The notes: generated by a model from the sequence alone, not told the origin. A DNA stretch of 64,000 nucleotides from Verrucomicrobiota bacterium (GCA_043803015.1 JAZDKK010000023.1:20946-84945), one strand, 5' to 3'; shown: positions 46,475 to 56,221, counted from the first letter of the stretch. Numbers and translations: made by a program.

Positions 46475-47235
46475 TTCGCCGATTCAATGTATCCGTCCGC
46501 CGGCATTCCGGGCTTGAAGACACCTTCGGGGTTCTCGAGCGTGATCTTGACGCGATAGACGAGCTTCGCCCTCTCGTCCGGCGTCTGCACGTTGCGCGGC
46601 GTGAACTCCGCCTCCGGCGAAACGAAGGTTACTTTGCCGAGGTACATCTTGTGGTCGCCGTCGATCTTCACGTTCGCCGGCTGGCCCAGTTTCACCCGGC
46701 CCAGGCGGTCCTCCGGGACGTAGATCGAAAGCCACACCTCGTCGAGCCGCGACAATGTCACGAGCGGCGCACCGATGGCAACCATCTCCCCTTCTTCTCG
46801 GCTCCGCACGGTAACCACCCCGTCCATGGGGGCCCTCACCGTGCAGTCGGCAACGGCCTTCTCCGCCAGCGCCAGCCGGGCGCGGGCCAGGTCCAGCGCG
46901 GCCTGTGCATCATCCAACTGCTTCTGCGTCGCGCTCTTCCGCTCGAAGACCTGCTGGATGCGTCTCAGGTCGGCCTCCGCGGCGCGGGCGGCCGCGGCAG
47001 ACTCATCGCGCCGGAACTGGTAGTCGGTCGGGTCGATCTGGGCCACGAGGTCGCCCTTCTTCAGCGCATCGCCCTCCTGGGGCGGAAGGCTCTGGAGCCG
47101 TCCCGCGACCTGCGGCGCCACCTCGACCTGCGTGCACTCGATCGTTCCGGATCTGTCGGGCTTGCCGTTACCCAGCCCGCAGCCTGACGCCAGCAGGGCC
47201 AGCGCTGCAGCAGCCATGAGCCATCTTGCGTTCAT
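46471..47235 (-). CDS. HlyD-family efflux periplasmic adaptor (membrane fusion protein), lipoprotein
   Basis: The lipobox is LLASGCG. It has a coiled-coil hairpin and a beta-barrel domain. Confidence 0.85.
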   Translation of the reverse strand: MNARWLMAAAALALLASGCGLGNGKPDRSGTIECTQVEVAPQVAGRLQSLPPQEGDALKKGDLVAQIDPTDYQFRRDESAAAARAAEADLRRIQQVFERKSATQKQLDDAQAALDLARARLALAEKAVADCTVRAPMDGVVTVRSREEGEMVAIGAPLVTLSRLDEVWLSIYVPEDRLGRVKLGQPANVKIDGDHKMYLGKVTFVSPEAEFTPRNVQTPDERAKLVYRVKITLENPEGVFKPGMPADGYIESAK

Positions 47236-47256
47236 CGGTGTGGTCTCCTTGTTCGG

Positions 47257-47883
47257 TCAGTGCTCGACACTCGAAGGCAGCGCCCAGCCGTGCACCAGCA
47301 GGTCCACGATCTGGGCCCTTCTTTCTTCCGGGTCAAAGGGCGGAATCGGCGCTGATTTCAGGGTCATGTACGGGATGATGTCTTTCACCTGCAGGTTGAA
47401 GAGGCATATGCCCATGATGCTCCACCAGGCGTGGACAGGGTGTATTTCCCTCAGCTCCCCGGCTTGCATCCCCTCCCTTAGGATTTCGAGCGGCGTGAGC
47501 ACTCTGCTCTTGAGGAAGCCAGCCAGCGTCTGTCCCAGGAGATCGCCATGCACGCTGAACGCGAGCAGCATCAGGCGCATGCGATGCGGGTACGCGGTGT
47601 AGTAGTCAAACACACCGTTGACCAAGCAGGCGAGACGCTCGCGCGCGCCGCGGAAGGCGCGCTTCTGCTGGCGCAGGTGTTCGAGAAATCCGGCGAGCAC
47701 CATCCGGATGCACTCCATGAACAGGGTATGCTTGTTCTCGAAGTAGTAGTAGATCAGCGCGCTGTTCACGCCCGCCGCCCGTCCGACCCGGCGGATCGTC
47801 GCGCCCTTCCATCCCTCCTTCGCGAATATGTCCACGGCTGAATGGAGGATCTTCTTGCGCTGTTCCGACTCGTATCTTCCCAT
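47257..47883 (-). CDS. TetR/AcrR family transcriptional regulator
   Basis: N-terminal HTH ILHSAVDIFAKEGWKGATIRRVGRAAGVNSALIYYYFENK. Confidence 0.85.
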   Translation of the reverse strand: MGRYESEQRKKILHSAVDIFAKEGWKGATIRRVGRAAGVNSALIYYYFENKHTLFMECIRMVLAGFLEHLRQQKRAFRGARERLACLVNGVFDYYTAYPHRMRLMLLAFSVHGDLLGQTLAGFLKSRVLTPLEILREGMQAGELREIHPVHAWWSIMGICLFNLQVKDIIPYMTLKSAPIPPFDPEERRAQIVDLLVHGWALPSSVEH

Positions 47884-48471
47884 GGATCCATCTCCTTGCC
47901 ATTCGGCCGCCGGCTCCCGCGGCGGCAGTCTGACGTCTCAGTCCTCGCCTCGTCCCTCGCCCATGCCGGCCTCTTTCACGAACCGCTCCCACAGCAGGCT
48001 CCCATGGCAACCCCGAGAACATGCGCCAGCGCGATGCTGCCGGCAAGAAGGCCAGCCAGCGTCCTTGTGATTCGGCCAGAGAACACTGCTACGCACCTGT
48101 TCATCCCTTCTATCCGTGTGATGTAATCGTCTGATTAAATTATGTCATCAGCATGCTTTTGTCAATGGCGTCCCGGCGCTTAGTTCCGGCCCAGCCTGAT
48201 GGCTCCCACCCACCGTCTCCAGCCTGTCCCCCCCACCGTCCGCACGCCCCACTCAATGTGTCCCCACTCAGCGTGCCCCCAGCCCGTCGGCGTGTGGTCC
48301 GCAGGCACGCAGCTATTGGGCCGGAAGTCCCTGCCCCTTGACCCCGTCCGCGCCCGCGAGACCCCCCCTGCCTGCTCGGTGGAACTGGGACAGACCATCT
48401 CTGATGGAACGCGTCCGCCTGCAGAGAGCGAAATACGCTGTGCGCGTCCGCCAGGGCGGGAAGCTTGTCCC

Positions 48472-48888
48472 CTATTCCCCGATCACTTTGACCAGGACCC
48501 GCTTCCGCCGTCGGCCATCGAATTCCCCGTAGAAGATCTGCTCCCAGGGGCCGAAGTCCAACTCGCCATCCGTCACGGCGACCACCACCTCGCGGCCCAT
48601 GACCGTCCGCTTGAGGTGAGCATCCGCGTTGTCCTCGCCGTTGTTGTGCGCGTACTGCGAGTACGGCTTCTCCGGCGCCAGCTTCTCCAGCCATTTCTCG
48701 AAGTCGGCATGAAGCCCGCTTTCGTTGTCGTTGATGAACACGCTGGCGGTGATGTGCATGGCGTTCACCAGGACGAACCCCTCGCGGACGCCGCTCTCGC
48801 GCACGCACTCCTCGACCTGCGGCGTGATGTTCACGAACGCCCGCCGCGTCGGCGTGTTGAACCAAAGCTCCTTCCGAAACGATTTCAT
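48472..48888 (-). CDS. YjbQ/UPF0047 family protein (secondary thiamine-phosphate synthase-like)
   Basis: 138 aa: [33 protein letters not shown]..; ATG at 48886-48888 with RBS GGGGGAGGGA. Confidence 0.8.
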   Translation of the reverse strand: MKSFRKELWFNTPTRRAFVNITPQVEECVRESGVREGFVLVNAMHITASVFINDNESGLHADFEKWLEKLAPEKPYSQYAHNNGEDNADAHLKRTVMGREVVVAVTDGELDFGPWEQIFYGEFDGRRRKRVLVKVIGE

Positions 48889-49020
48889 ATCCCTCCCCCG
48901 CTGCTGACAACCCATCCTATCAGAGCCCCGGGGGCGCGGGCAATCCGGACACAAGCCGGGGTGAGGGTGGGGTGCTTTGGAACGTGGACAAGACAGAGCC
49001 GTCAATTGTAGACTCCGGCC

Positions 49021-49575
49021 ATGCGGACCGTCTCCCGTTCGACAGCGCTCAAGATCATCTACTGGAACGTCGCGCTGGCCGTGACCATCGTGTGCATGGC
49101 CGGCGTGTCGTTCATCCGCCGCATCCACCGGTACGACGACCTGATCGTGAGGATCAGCCGTGAGCGCGGCCTGGATCCGCGCCTCGTCTCCTCGCTCATC
49201 TGGCGCGAGAGCCGGTTCGAGGCCGACCGCGTCGGCACGCACAAGGAGGTCGGGCTTATGCAGGTCACGGAGACCGCCGGCCAAGAGTGGGCCAAGGCCA
49301 GCGGCGTCATCGGCTTCTCGCGCGACACGCTCTTCAACCCAGCCACGAATATCCAGGCCGGCACCTGGTACTTGGCGCGGGCGATCCGGCGCTGGTCCGA
49401 CCGCCCCGATCCCCTCCCCTTCGCCCTGGCCGAGTACAACGCCGGCCGCTCCAACGCCCAGCGCTGGTCCGCCGCCAGCGGGCCCAACAGCCGCAGGTTC
49501 TGGGAAACCATCGACTACCCCACCACGAAGCGGTACATCCGGGACATCCTCAGGCGGTACCGCGGAGGCGTGTAG
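49021..49575 (+). CDS. lytic transglycosylase (SLT domain) protein, membrane-anchored
   Basis: It has an N-terminal transmembrane helix. The SLT motifs are [20 protein letters not shown] and AEYNAG. Confidence 0.75.
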   Translation: MRTVSRSTALKIIYWNVALAVTIVCMAGVSFIRRIHRYDDLIVRISRERGLDPRLVSSLIWRESRFEADRVGTHKEVGLMQVTETAGQEWAKASGVIGFSRDTLFNPATNIQAGTWYLARAIRRWSDRPDPLPFALAEYNAGRSNAQRWSAASGPNSRRFWETIDYPTTKRYIRDILRRYRGGV

Positions 49576-49579
49576 CCTT

Positions 49580-50236
49580 ATGCTCCGGGCAGTCCTTTTC
49601 GACAGCGATGGCGTGCTGGTGGACACCGAGCGGCCGTTCTACGAAACGACCCGAACGGTGTTCGCCGCAGACGGGGCCACGCTGACGGAGCCGCAGTGGG
49701 CGCGCTGGTACCTGGCGGAGGGAAGGCGATCCAGGGACATCGCCGGCCTGGCCGGCATTCCAGCCGGCCGTGTGGACCGCGTGATCGAGGACCGCGACAA
49801 GGCTTTCTGGGGGCGGATTGCGCAAGGCGTTCGCGTGCTGCCCGGCGTGCGCCGCACCCTCCGCGCTCTTGCCGAACGCTTCCGCCTGGCGGTCGTCACC
49901 GGCGCCTCGCGGGCGCATTTCGAACGGGTGCATTCCTCCACCGGCCTCCTGCCCTACTTCGAACTCGTAGTGACCAGCGACGACTGCGGCGAAGCCAAGC
50001 CCAGCCCACAGGCCTACCTGACCGCCCTCCGCGGCCTCGGCCTGCCCGGCCGCGAATGCCTGGCCGTGGAGGATTCCCCGCGCGGCGCCGCGTCGGCGCT
50101 TGCCGCCGGGATCCGCTGTCTGGTCGTGCCGCACCGTCTTACGGCCATCGAGCTCTGCCCCCGCGGGTCTGAGATCGTGGACCGCGTCGACCGCGTGATC
50201 GAGGCAACCACCCAGCCATCAGGGGGTATCGCATGA
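49580..50236 (+). CDS. HAD-family hydrolase
   Basis: The start is [17 protein letters not shown] (motif I DxDG). Other motifs are ..VVTGASRA.. and ..LAVEDSPRG.. (motif IV). Confidence 0.8.
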   Translation: MLRAVLFDSDGVLVDTERPFYETTRTVFAADGATLTEPQWARWYLAEGRRSRDIAGLAGIPAGRVDRVIEDRDKAFWGRIAQGVRVLPGVRRTLRALAERFRLAVVTGASRAHFERVHSSTGLLPYFELVVTSDDCGEAKPSPQAYLTALRGLGLPGRECLAVEDSPRGAASALAAGIRCLVVPHRLTAIELCPRGSEIVDRVDRVIEATTQPSGGIA

Positions 50237-50883
50237 AATCCTTGTCGCACCTCTTCGAGAACAACCGCGCGTGGGCCGCGCACATGACCGGGTCGGACCC
50301 GGCGTTCTTCTCCAGGCTCTCTCACCAGCAGTCGCCGGAGTACCTGTGGATCGGATGCTCCGACAGCCGGGTTCCCGCGAACGAGATCGTCGGCCTGCTC
50401 CCGGGCGAGCTCTTCGTCCACCGCAACGTGGCCAACCTGGTCCACCACACCGACATGAACTGTCTCTCCGTGCTGCAGTATGCGGTGCAGACCCTGCGGG
50501 TCCGGCACGTGATCGTGTGCGGACACTACGGGTGCGGAGGGGTTCGGGCAGCCCTCGAACCCCACGCCCACGGGCTGATCGACAACTGGCTTCGCTCCAT
50601 ACGGGACGTCCACCGGGGACATGCGGCCGACCTGGCAGGCGTGGCCGACCGCGAGCGGATGCTGGATCGTCTCTGCGAGCTGAACGTGGTCCAGCAGGTC
50701 CTGAACGTCGCCCATACCACCATCATCCGCGAGGCGTGGGAGGGAGGCCAAGCCGTGGCCATCCACGGCTGGATCTACAGCATCACGAACGGGCTGTTGA
50801 AGGATCTCGGCGTGTCGTGCTCCTCGACCCGGGAACTGGAAGAGCTGGAGCGGCGCAACCCGGCGGTCAGTCCAGGTCCTTGA
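50233..50883 (+). CDS. beta-class carbonic anhydrase
   Basis: It has the zinc ligands in CSDSRV and HYGCGG. Its start overlaps the HAD-hydrolase stop (ATGA). Confidence 0.85.
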   Translation: MKSLSHLFENNRAWAAHMTGSDPAFFSRLSHQQSPEYLWIGCSDSRVPANEIVGLLPGELFVHRNVANLVHHTDMNCLSVLQYAVQTLRVRHVIVCGHYGCGGVRAALEPHAHGLIDNWLRSIRDVHRGHAADLAGVADRERMLDRLCELNVVQQVLNVAHTTIIREAWEGGQAVAIHGWIYSITNGLLKDLGVSCSSTRELEELERRNPAVSPGP

Positions 50884-52630
50884 ACTGCAGATCGTACAGG
50901 TACTTGTAAACGCCGCCGCGCTCGAGCAGTTCCCTGTGCGTGCCTTCTTCGACGATCACTCCCTTGTCGAGCACGACGATCCGGTGGGCGTGCATGATCG
51001 TGGACAGCCGGTGGGCGATCGCGAACACGGTGCGGCCGGCCATCAGCTCGTCGAGCGCGGCCTGGACCTGCCGCTCGGACTCTGTGTCCAGGGCGCTCGT
51101 GGCCTCGTCCAGGATCAGGATCGGCGGATTGCGCAGGATCGCCCGCGCGATGGCGAGCCGCTGGCACTGACCGCCCGACAGCCGCACGCCCCGCTCGCCG
51201 ACCACGGTGTCGTAGCCCTCGGGCATCTCCAAGATGAAGTCGTGCGCGTGAGCGCGCCTCGCCGCCTGCACGATGGCGTCGCGGGATGCCTCCGTGTGCC
51301 CGTAGGCGATGTTGCTGGACACCGTGTCGTTGAACAGAAAGGTCTCCTGCGTGACGATGCCGATCTGCCCGCGCAGGGACTTGAGCGTGAAGCCGCGGAT
51401 ATCCTGCCCGTTGATCAGGATCCGGCCCGACGTCACGTCGTAGAAGCGCGGGAGCAGGCTCACCAGCGTGGACTTGCCCGCGCCCGAGCTGCCGACCAGC
51501 GCCACGAGCTGGCCGGCGTCGACCGACAGGCTGATCCGGCTCAGGACCGGCGCGGCGTCGTACGTGAATGTAACATCCTCCAGCTGAACGTGTTGCACGG
51601 GCCCGGCGAACTCGCTGGCGCCCTGCTGGTCCTTGACCGTGATCTCGGCGTCCATGACTTCGAAGATGCGTTCCGCCGCAGCGGAGCTCTGCTGGATGCT
51701 CATCTGGACCTTGCTGAGCTTTTTGACCGGATCGTAGAGCGCGACCAGCGCGGCGCCGAAGGCAAAGAACTTGTCCACCGTCATGTGCGCCCACCGCGCG
51801 TAGACCAAGACCAGCGACAGGCCGACCACGGAGATGAAAACGATGATCGGCTCGACGGAAGCGCGGGCCCGCGTGACGCGCATGGTGCGGCTGAACACGG
51901 AGCGCGCGCCCGTGTTGAACCGTTTGCGCTCGTAGTCCTCCATGCCGAACGCCTTGACGATGCGGACGCCGGTCAGCGTTTCCTGGAGAATGGACACCAG
52001 GTCGGCGAGCTTCTGCTGGCCTTCCTTCGTGAACTGCCGGACGCGGCGCCCGAACAGGGCCACGGGGATAATGCAGACAGGAAAGAGGACAAAGCTGATG
52101 AGGGCCAGGCGCGGGTCGAGCCAGAAGGCGAACCCGACCATGGCGATCAGCGTGAACGGCTCGCGGATGAGGTCGCTCAGCACCGTCGAGACCGCGCGCT
52201 CCACCATGCTCGTGTCGTTGGTGGTCCGCGAGATCAGTTCCCCGGTCCGGCTGCCGGTGAAGTACATGACCGACAGCTCCTGCAGGTGGTCGAACGTCTG
52301 CACGCGGAGGTCCATCACCACGCGGTTGCCCACCCACTCGATGAAGTACGTGCTGAGGAAGTACCCGATGCCGCGGATGGTCGCGAACAGCGGGAGGAGC
52401 GCGGCCACCGCCAGCGTCGCCTTGAGCGACATCGTGCCCGGGTCGAAGATCCGGGCGATGGTGCCCTTGAGCGCGGCCAGCATGCCCGTGGTCGAGCCGG
52501 CGAAGAGGAGGCCGAAGACCGCGCCGAGCAGGAGCCGCGGGAAATAAGGGTACACGTAGCGGAAGAGCCTGCGGTAGGTCTCCCACTCGCTCCCGCGTAT
52601 GCCCAGGATGGATCGTCCCGAGTCGCTCAT
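50867..52630 (-). CDS. ABC transporter permease/ATP-binding protein (MsbA-like exporter)
   Basis: 587 aa from [10 protein letters not shown]. It has a 6-TM domain, the Walker [10 protein letters not shown], the signature LSGGQCQRL and the Walker [12 protein letters not shown]. Confidence 0.9.
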   Translation of the reverse strand: MSDSGRSILGIRGSEWETYRRLFRYVYPYFPRLLLGAVFGLLFAGSTTGMLAALKGTIARIFDPGTMSLKATLAVAALLPLFATIRGIGYFLSTYFIEWVGNRVVMDLRVQTFDHLQELSVMYFTGSRTGELISRTTNDTSMVERAVSTVLSDLIREPFTLIAMVGFAFWLDPRLALISFVLFPVCIIPVALFGRRVRQFTKEGQQKLADLVSILQETLTGVRIVKAFGMEDYERKRFNTGARSVFSRTMRVTRARASVEPIIVFISVVGLSLVLVYARWAHMTVDKFFAFGAALVALYDPVKKLSKVQMSIQQSSAAAERIFEVMDAEITVKDQQGASEFAGPVQHVQLEDVTFTYDAAPVLSRISLSVDAGQLVALVGSSGAGKSTLVSLLPRFYDVTSGRILINGQDIRGFTLKSLRGQIGIVTQETFLFNDTVSSNIAYGHTEASRDAIVQAARRAHAHDFILEMPEGYDTVVGERGVRLSGGQCQRLAIARAILRNPPILILDEATSALDTESERQVQAALDELMAGRTVFAIAHRLSTIMHAHRIVVLDKGVIVEEGTHRELLERGGVYKYLYDLQFKDLD

Positions 52631-53550
52631 GAAGGATGCGCCTCCAGGTAGCGATGGACTTCCAGCGCCGCCATGCAGCCGGTGCCTGCCGCCGTGATGG
52701 CTTGGCGATAGACGGGGTCCTGCACGTCGCCCGCCGCGAAAACGCCGGGCACGCTGGTCCGCGTGTCCTCCGCCTTGATGTAGCCCACCGCGTCCATCTC
52801 CAGCTGGCCCCGGAACGGGTCCGTGTTCGGCTGGTGGCCGATGGCCGAGAAGTAGCCCTTGACCTCCAGGTGCGAGGTCGCGCCCGTCTTCACGTTCTTC
52901 AGCCGGAGGCCCGTGACCTCGTTCCTCGCCACGTCCAGCACGTCCTCCACCACGGTGTTCCAGATCACCTTGATCTTGGGATGCTTCAGCGCGCGCTCGG
53001 CCATGATCTCCGACGCACGGAACTGGTCGCGGCGATGGATCAGGTACACCGCGGAGGCAAAATGGGTCAGGAAGAGGGCTTCCTCCATGGCCGTGTCGCC
53101 GCCGCCCACGACCGCCACGGGCACATTCCGGAAGAAGGCCCCGTCGCACGTGGCGCAGGCGGACACGCCGCGCCCGATCAGCTTCTGCTCCGAGGCCAGC
53201 CCCAGGTACTTCGCCGACGCCCCGGTGGCGATGATGACGGTCAGCGCCTCGTACGGGCCGGCGCCCTCGACGCTGACCTTGAACGGCTTGCCCTTCAGGT
53301 TCACGGAGGCCACGTTGCCGGACACGAAACGGGCACCGAACCGCTCGGCCTGCTTGCGCATCTTGTCCATAAGCTCGGGCCCCATGATCCCCTGCGGGAA
53401 GCCGGGGTAATTCTCAACCTCCGTCGTGGTGGTGAGCTGTCCCCCCGGCTGGAGCCCCTCGACCACCAGCGGGCTGAAGCTGGCCCGCGCCGTGTAGATG
53501 GCCGCGGTCAGTCCCGCCGCGCCGGTACCCAAGATGATTACTTTCTCCAT
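52627..53550 (-). CDS. trxB: thioredoxin-disulfide reductase
   Basis: It has the FAD motif ILGTGAAG, the redox-active site CATCDG and the NADPH site GGGDTA. Confidence 0.95.
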   Translation of the reverse strand: MEKVIILGTGAAGLTAAIYTARASFSPLVVEGLQPGGQLTTTTEVENYPGFPQGIMGPELMDKMRKQAERFGARFVSGNVASVNLKGKPFKVSVEGAGPYEALTVIIATGASAKYLGLASEQKLIGRGVSACATCDGAFFRNVPVAVVGGGDTAMEEALFLTHFASAVYLIHRRDQFRASEIMAERALKHPKIKVIWNTVVEDVLDVARNEVTGLRLKNVKTGATSHLEVKGYFSAIGHQPNTDPFRGQLEMDAVGYIKAEDTRTSVPGVFAAGDVQDPVYRQAITAAGTGCMAALEVHRYLEAHPS

Positions 53551-53689
53551 CCTGCCGTTTTCTCCTGAAAGACGTCCTTTCTCCTATAGCAGAAAAACGC
53601 GGCGCGTTCATAGCCTAATTGACGCCCCGCGGACCAGCGTCTATCCTGCCTTATCATTTCCTAGGAACACACGGAACGGGAGCGACACC

Positions 53690-54070
53690 ATGACACAGCG
53701 AGACATGCTCGAGCACATTTTCGACATGCAGGCCCAGCTGAACCGGCGGATCGGCGTGGACACCACGAGCCTGCCGGAGGACCAGCAGAAGGTGTGGCTG
53801 CTGAACTACTGCCGCGCGATGACCCAGGAGATTGCGGAACTGACCGACAGCGTGCCCTGGAAGTGGTGGGCGAAGTACCAGAAGTACGACCGGCAGAACG
53901 CGCGCGTGGAGATCGTGGACGTCCTCCACTTCCTGGTTTCGGCGGCGCAGGTGGTCGGGCTCACGGCCCAGGACATCTACGAGGCCTACCTCGAAAAGAA
54001 CAACGTCAACTTCCAGCGGCAGGATTCGGGCTACGCCACGAAGGACGAGAACGACAGCAAGCACATCTGA
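53690..54070 (+). CDS. dimeric all-alpha dUTPase family (dUTPase_2) nucleotide pyrophosphohydrolase
   Basis: MTQRDMLEHIFDMQAQLNRRI..EIAELTDSVPWKWWAKYQKYD..VDVLHFLVSAA; RBS GGGAG. Confidence 0.65.
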   Translation: MTQRDMLEHIFDMQAQLNRRIGVDTTSLPEDQQKVWLLNYCRAMTQEIAELTDSVPWKWWAKYQKYDRQNARVEIVDVLHFLVSAAQVVGLTAQDIYEAYLEKNNVNFQRQDSGYATKDENDSKHI

Positions 54071-54225
54071 CCCGGCAGCGCGACGGCAAGAGTATCCGCC
54101 CCCTGATTCCGCCCCGAGATTCCTCGTCGCTCCGAGCAGCTCGTCGCTCCTCGGAATGACAAACATGCCGGTTGAGGGGTTGTGTCATCCCGAGTCGCGC
54201 GCCGCGCGTGACGAGGGATCTCACG

Positions 54226-54350
54226 ATTCACCCACGGGCACGTCCGCGCTGGGAGCAGCACCCGAAATAGGCACGGCAGGGATGCCGGGCCTCCCTGCCG
54301 TGACCGTCACTCCCACGTCTCGGAGGGTCATGGGAGGTTGTGTGATCGCG
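54226..54350 (-). repeat. conserved structured 3' element downstream of PEP-CTERM gene 1
   Basis: It shares ~80% identity with 55116-55225. Its hairpins are GGCAGGGA.TCCCTGCC and CTCCCATG..CGTGGGAG. It lies directly after the stop at 54351-54353. Confidence 0.5.
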
Positions 54351-54941
54351 CTATTTCTTCCTCGACCTGCGGATCGCGACCGCCGCCAGCCCCGCGCCGA
54401 CCAGCATGGCCAGGGTCGTCGGCTCCGGGATGGTCGAGACGATGTCCATTTCCGCCAGCTCCATCTGCTGGTTGCCGAGGCCCGTGCTGATGGTGACCTT
54501 GGGCTTGACCAGCTTGGTGTTGGCATCCCAGGAGAACCCTTGAAGCGCATGATTCGTGTTGCCCACGAAGGTTCCGTCGGGATGAATCGTCAGCGCGGAC
54601 AGGTAGTTCGAGCTGGCGTCGAACTGATCGAAGCCGACCTGGTAGCTCATCGAGCCGGAGATGTTGCTGACCGCGAATGAGAGGGTGGCCGCGCTCCACG
54701 TGTTGCTGTCGAAGGCCAGGTACTCGACGGGCGAGTACGCGATCGCCGCGCTGTTCGACAGCACGGAGAACATCCCGTTCGAGCCGTCCGAGAACCAGAA
54801 CGGCCCGGCATCGGGCTGCGACTGCCAGACGTAGGTCCAGCCGCTGACGCTTGAAAGGTCGTCGTGGTACAAGATGACGTCCGCCGAGGCCGCCCGGCCC
54901 CACATCAAGGCGCTCCCTACAACCAGCCATATCTTTCTCAT
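54351..54941 (-). CDS. PEP-CTERM sorting domain-containing protein
   Basis: Signal peptide MRKIWLVVGSALMWGRAASA. The C-terminus IPEPTTLAMLVGAGLAAVAIRRSRKK is the PEP motif plus a transmembrane helix plus a basic tail. Confidence 0.8.
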   Translation of the reverse strand: MRKIWLVVGSALMWGRAASADVILYHDDLSSVSGWTYVWQSQPDAGPFWFSDGSNGMFSVLSNSAAIAYSPVEYLAFDSNTWSAATLSFAVSNISGSMSYQVGFDQFDASSNYLSALTIHPDGTFVGNTNHALQGFSWDANTKLVKPKVTISTGLGNQQMELAEMDIVSTIPEPTTLAMLVGAGLAAVAIRRSRKK

Positions 54942-55037
54942 CGCGTGCTTGCTCCTCTGATGGTGTTTCCTAGTTCCCGGGAACCACTCCCGTAAGAGTT
55001 ACGGCGTTCTCACTCCCGCCGCGCCCGGGCCAGAGTG

Positions 55038-55063
55038 TGATAAACTTTATCAACCGTGTCAAC
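55038..55063. promoter_or_regulatory. palindromic motif TGATAAACTTTATCAA next to TTGACA, upstream of PEP-CTERM gene 1
   Basis: GATAAA-C-TTTATC is a perfect palindrome. On the minus strand it reads GTTGACACGGTTGATAAAGTTTATCAC, ~100 nt upstream of the start at 54941. Confidence 0.35.
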
Positions 55064-55115
55064 CACAAAAAGGGCATCCGCTCCTCGCCGAGCGAATGAG
55101 GCGGCAGAATCTCCC

Positions 55116-55225
55116 GATTCACCCAGGGCCGCAGGACCCCAAAAGAGGCATGGCAGGGATGTCGGAGCATCCCTGCCATGACCGTCACTCCCATCTCTCG
55201 GAGGTAATGGGAGGTTGTGTGATTG
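55116..55225 (-). repeat. conserved structured 3' element downstream of PEP-CTERM gene 2
   Basis: Homologous to 54226-54350. Its stem is CTCCCAT..ATGGGAG, whereas copy 1 has CTCCCATG..CGTGGGAG (a U-G pair versus a U-A pair). Confidence 0.5.
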
Positions 55226-55233
55226 TCGTTGTT

Positions 55234-55920
55234 CTATTTGCTTCGACGACGGCGCAGAACCGTCAACCCGGCGACCGCGAGTCCCAGCATACCCAGCGTT
55301 GCCGGCTCAGGCACGGCCTGCGCGAAGGGGTTATCGTCCCTGAACTGGACACGGCGCACCATGAACCCTTCCGTGCTGAGCTCTGAGTTGCCTTCGCCCA
55401 CCAGGATGAATTGGGTGTTGGTGTAGGCACCGCCGACCCCTGGCTGCCAGATCGAGAGATCATAAACGTAGGCTCCGGGGTTGTAGATCACCGTGCCATT
55501 TCCCTGGTCGCCACCAGAAGTCCCGAAGCAGTTCGTCTGCATCTGGATCTCCATGTAGCCTGCGCTCGACTCCCCCGACACGCCGATCTTGACGTCGCCC
55601 CTCACGTCCCACAGATCAATGTACAGATATTTGTACGTCTGCAGGTTCGCCGCGTCCACGCCCGTGCCGTACCAGATGCTTCCGTAACCCGGCCCGTTCG
55701 TGATTGTCGCATTCCCGGCATACTCGCCGTTCGTGTAGTACGGCACAAAGGCTGTTGGCTCCAACAGCTTGTCTCGGCCCCACTCATCGATATTCCCATC
55801 CGCCGGGTTCACGTCGTTCGTCCACGTCTCGTACCCCCAGATGATGGTGGCCGGAGCCGTCACTGCTCCGCACAGCACCAGCCCTGCCACCATACCCATC
55901 AACAACAACTTCTTCATCAC
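55234..55920 (-). CDS. PEP-CTERM sorting domain-containing protein
   Basis: The start is GTG-ATG MMKKLLLMGMVAGLVLCGAVTA, with RBS GGAGGA. The C-terminus is VPEPATLGMLGLAVAGLTVLRRRRSK. Confidence 0.8.
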   Translation of the reverse strand: MMKKLLLMGMVAGLVLCGAVTAPATIIWGYETWTNDVNPADGNIDEWGRDKLLEPTAFVPYYTNGEYAGNATITNGPGYGSIWYGTGVDAANLQTYKYLYIDLWDVRGDVKIGVSGESSAGYMEIQMQTNCFGTSGGDQGNGTVIYNPGAYVYDLSIWQPGVGGAYTNTQFILVGEGNSELSTEGFMVRRVQFRDDNPFAQAVPEPATLGMLGLAVAGLTVLRRRRSK

Positions 55921-55988
55921 TCGTCCTCCGTCTGAGTACGGATTCCCAACAGCGGGAATCTCAACTCTGCCGTAAACCTTACAGCAGA

Positions 55989-56007
55989 TTGATAAACGAT
56001 GTCAATA
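55989..56007. promoter_or_regulatory. TTGATAAACGATGTCAA motif upstream of PEP-CTERM gene 2
   Basis: On the minus strand it reads TATTGACATCGTTTATCAATC, ~65 nt upstream of the start. It shares the TTGACA..GTT.AT.AA pattern with 55038-55063. Confidence 0.3.
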
Positions 56008-56111
56008 CAGTTTTCACATGTTTTGCCGCCTGCCCCTGCCCTTCCCCGTCTAACCCATGCTAGTCAGTAATATCGGGCGTATTCCTCGTATTTCGCCAAG
56101 CTATTTCCTTG

Positions 56112-56140
56112 TTGACATATTGACAGTATTTATCAATAAT
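56112..56140 (+). promoter_or_regulatory. near-consensus sigma70-type promoter for the giant downstream gene
   Basis: TTGACA (56112-56117), a 17-nt spacer, then AATAAT (56135-56140). It lies ~80 nt upstream of the ATG at 56222 in an AT-rich divergent region. Confidence 0.45.
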
Positions 56141-56221
56141 CGCTACCGCTGCGGCCGGGCGAGAGGGAAACCGTGAGGTTTACGCCCGCTCGGGCAGACC
56201 ACAGGCAGGTGTAGGCAGTTC

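Noticed and set aside
47950-48080. 42-codon minus-strand ORF MNRCVAVFSGRITRTLAGLLAGSIALAHVLGVAMGACCGSGS upstream of the tetR operon
   Set aside because: It is a plausible small membrane or lipoprotein-like peptide, but it has no RBS and no conservation evidence. It is mentioned only as a possibility in the 48150 finding.
54156-55386. Plus-strand ORFs 54156..54680 and 55096..55386 sharing ..VMGGCVI..
   Set aside because: They overlap the PEP-CTERM genes in antisense. The shared peptide comes from the conserved 3' RNA element. There is no consistent start or RBS.
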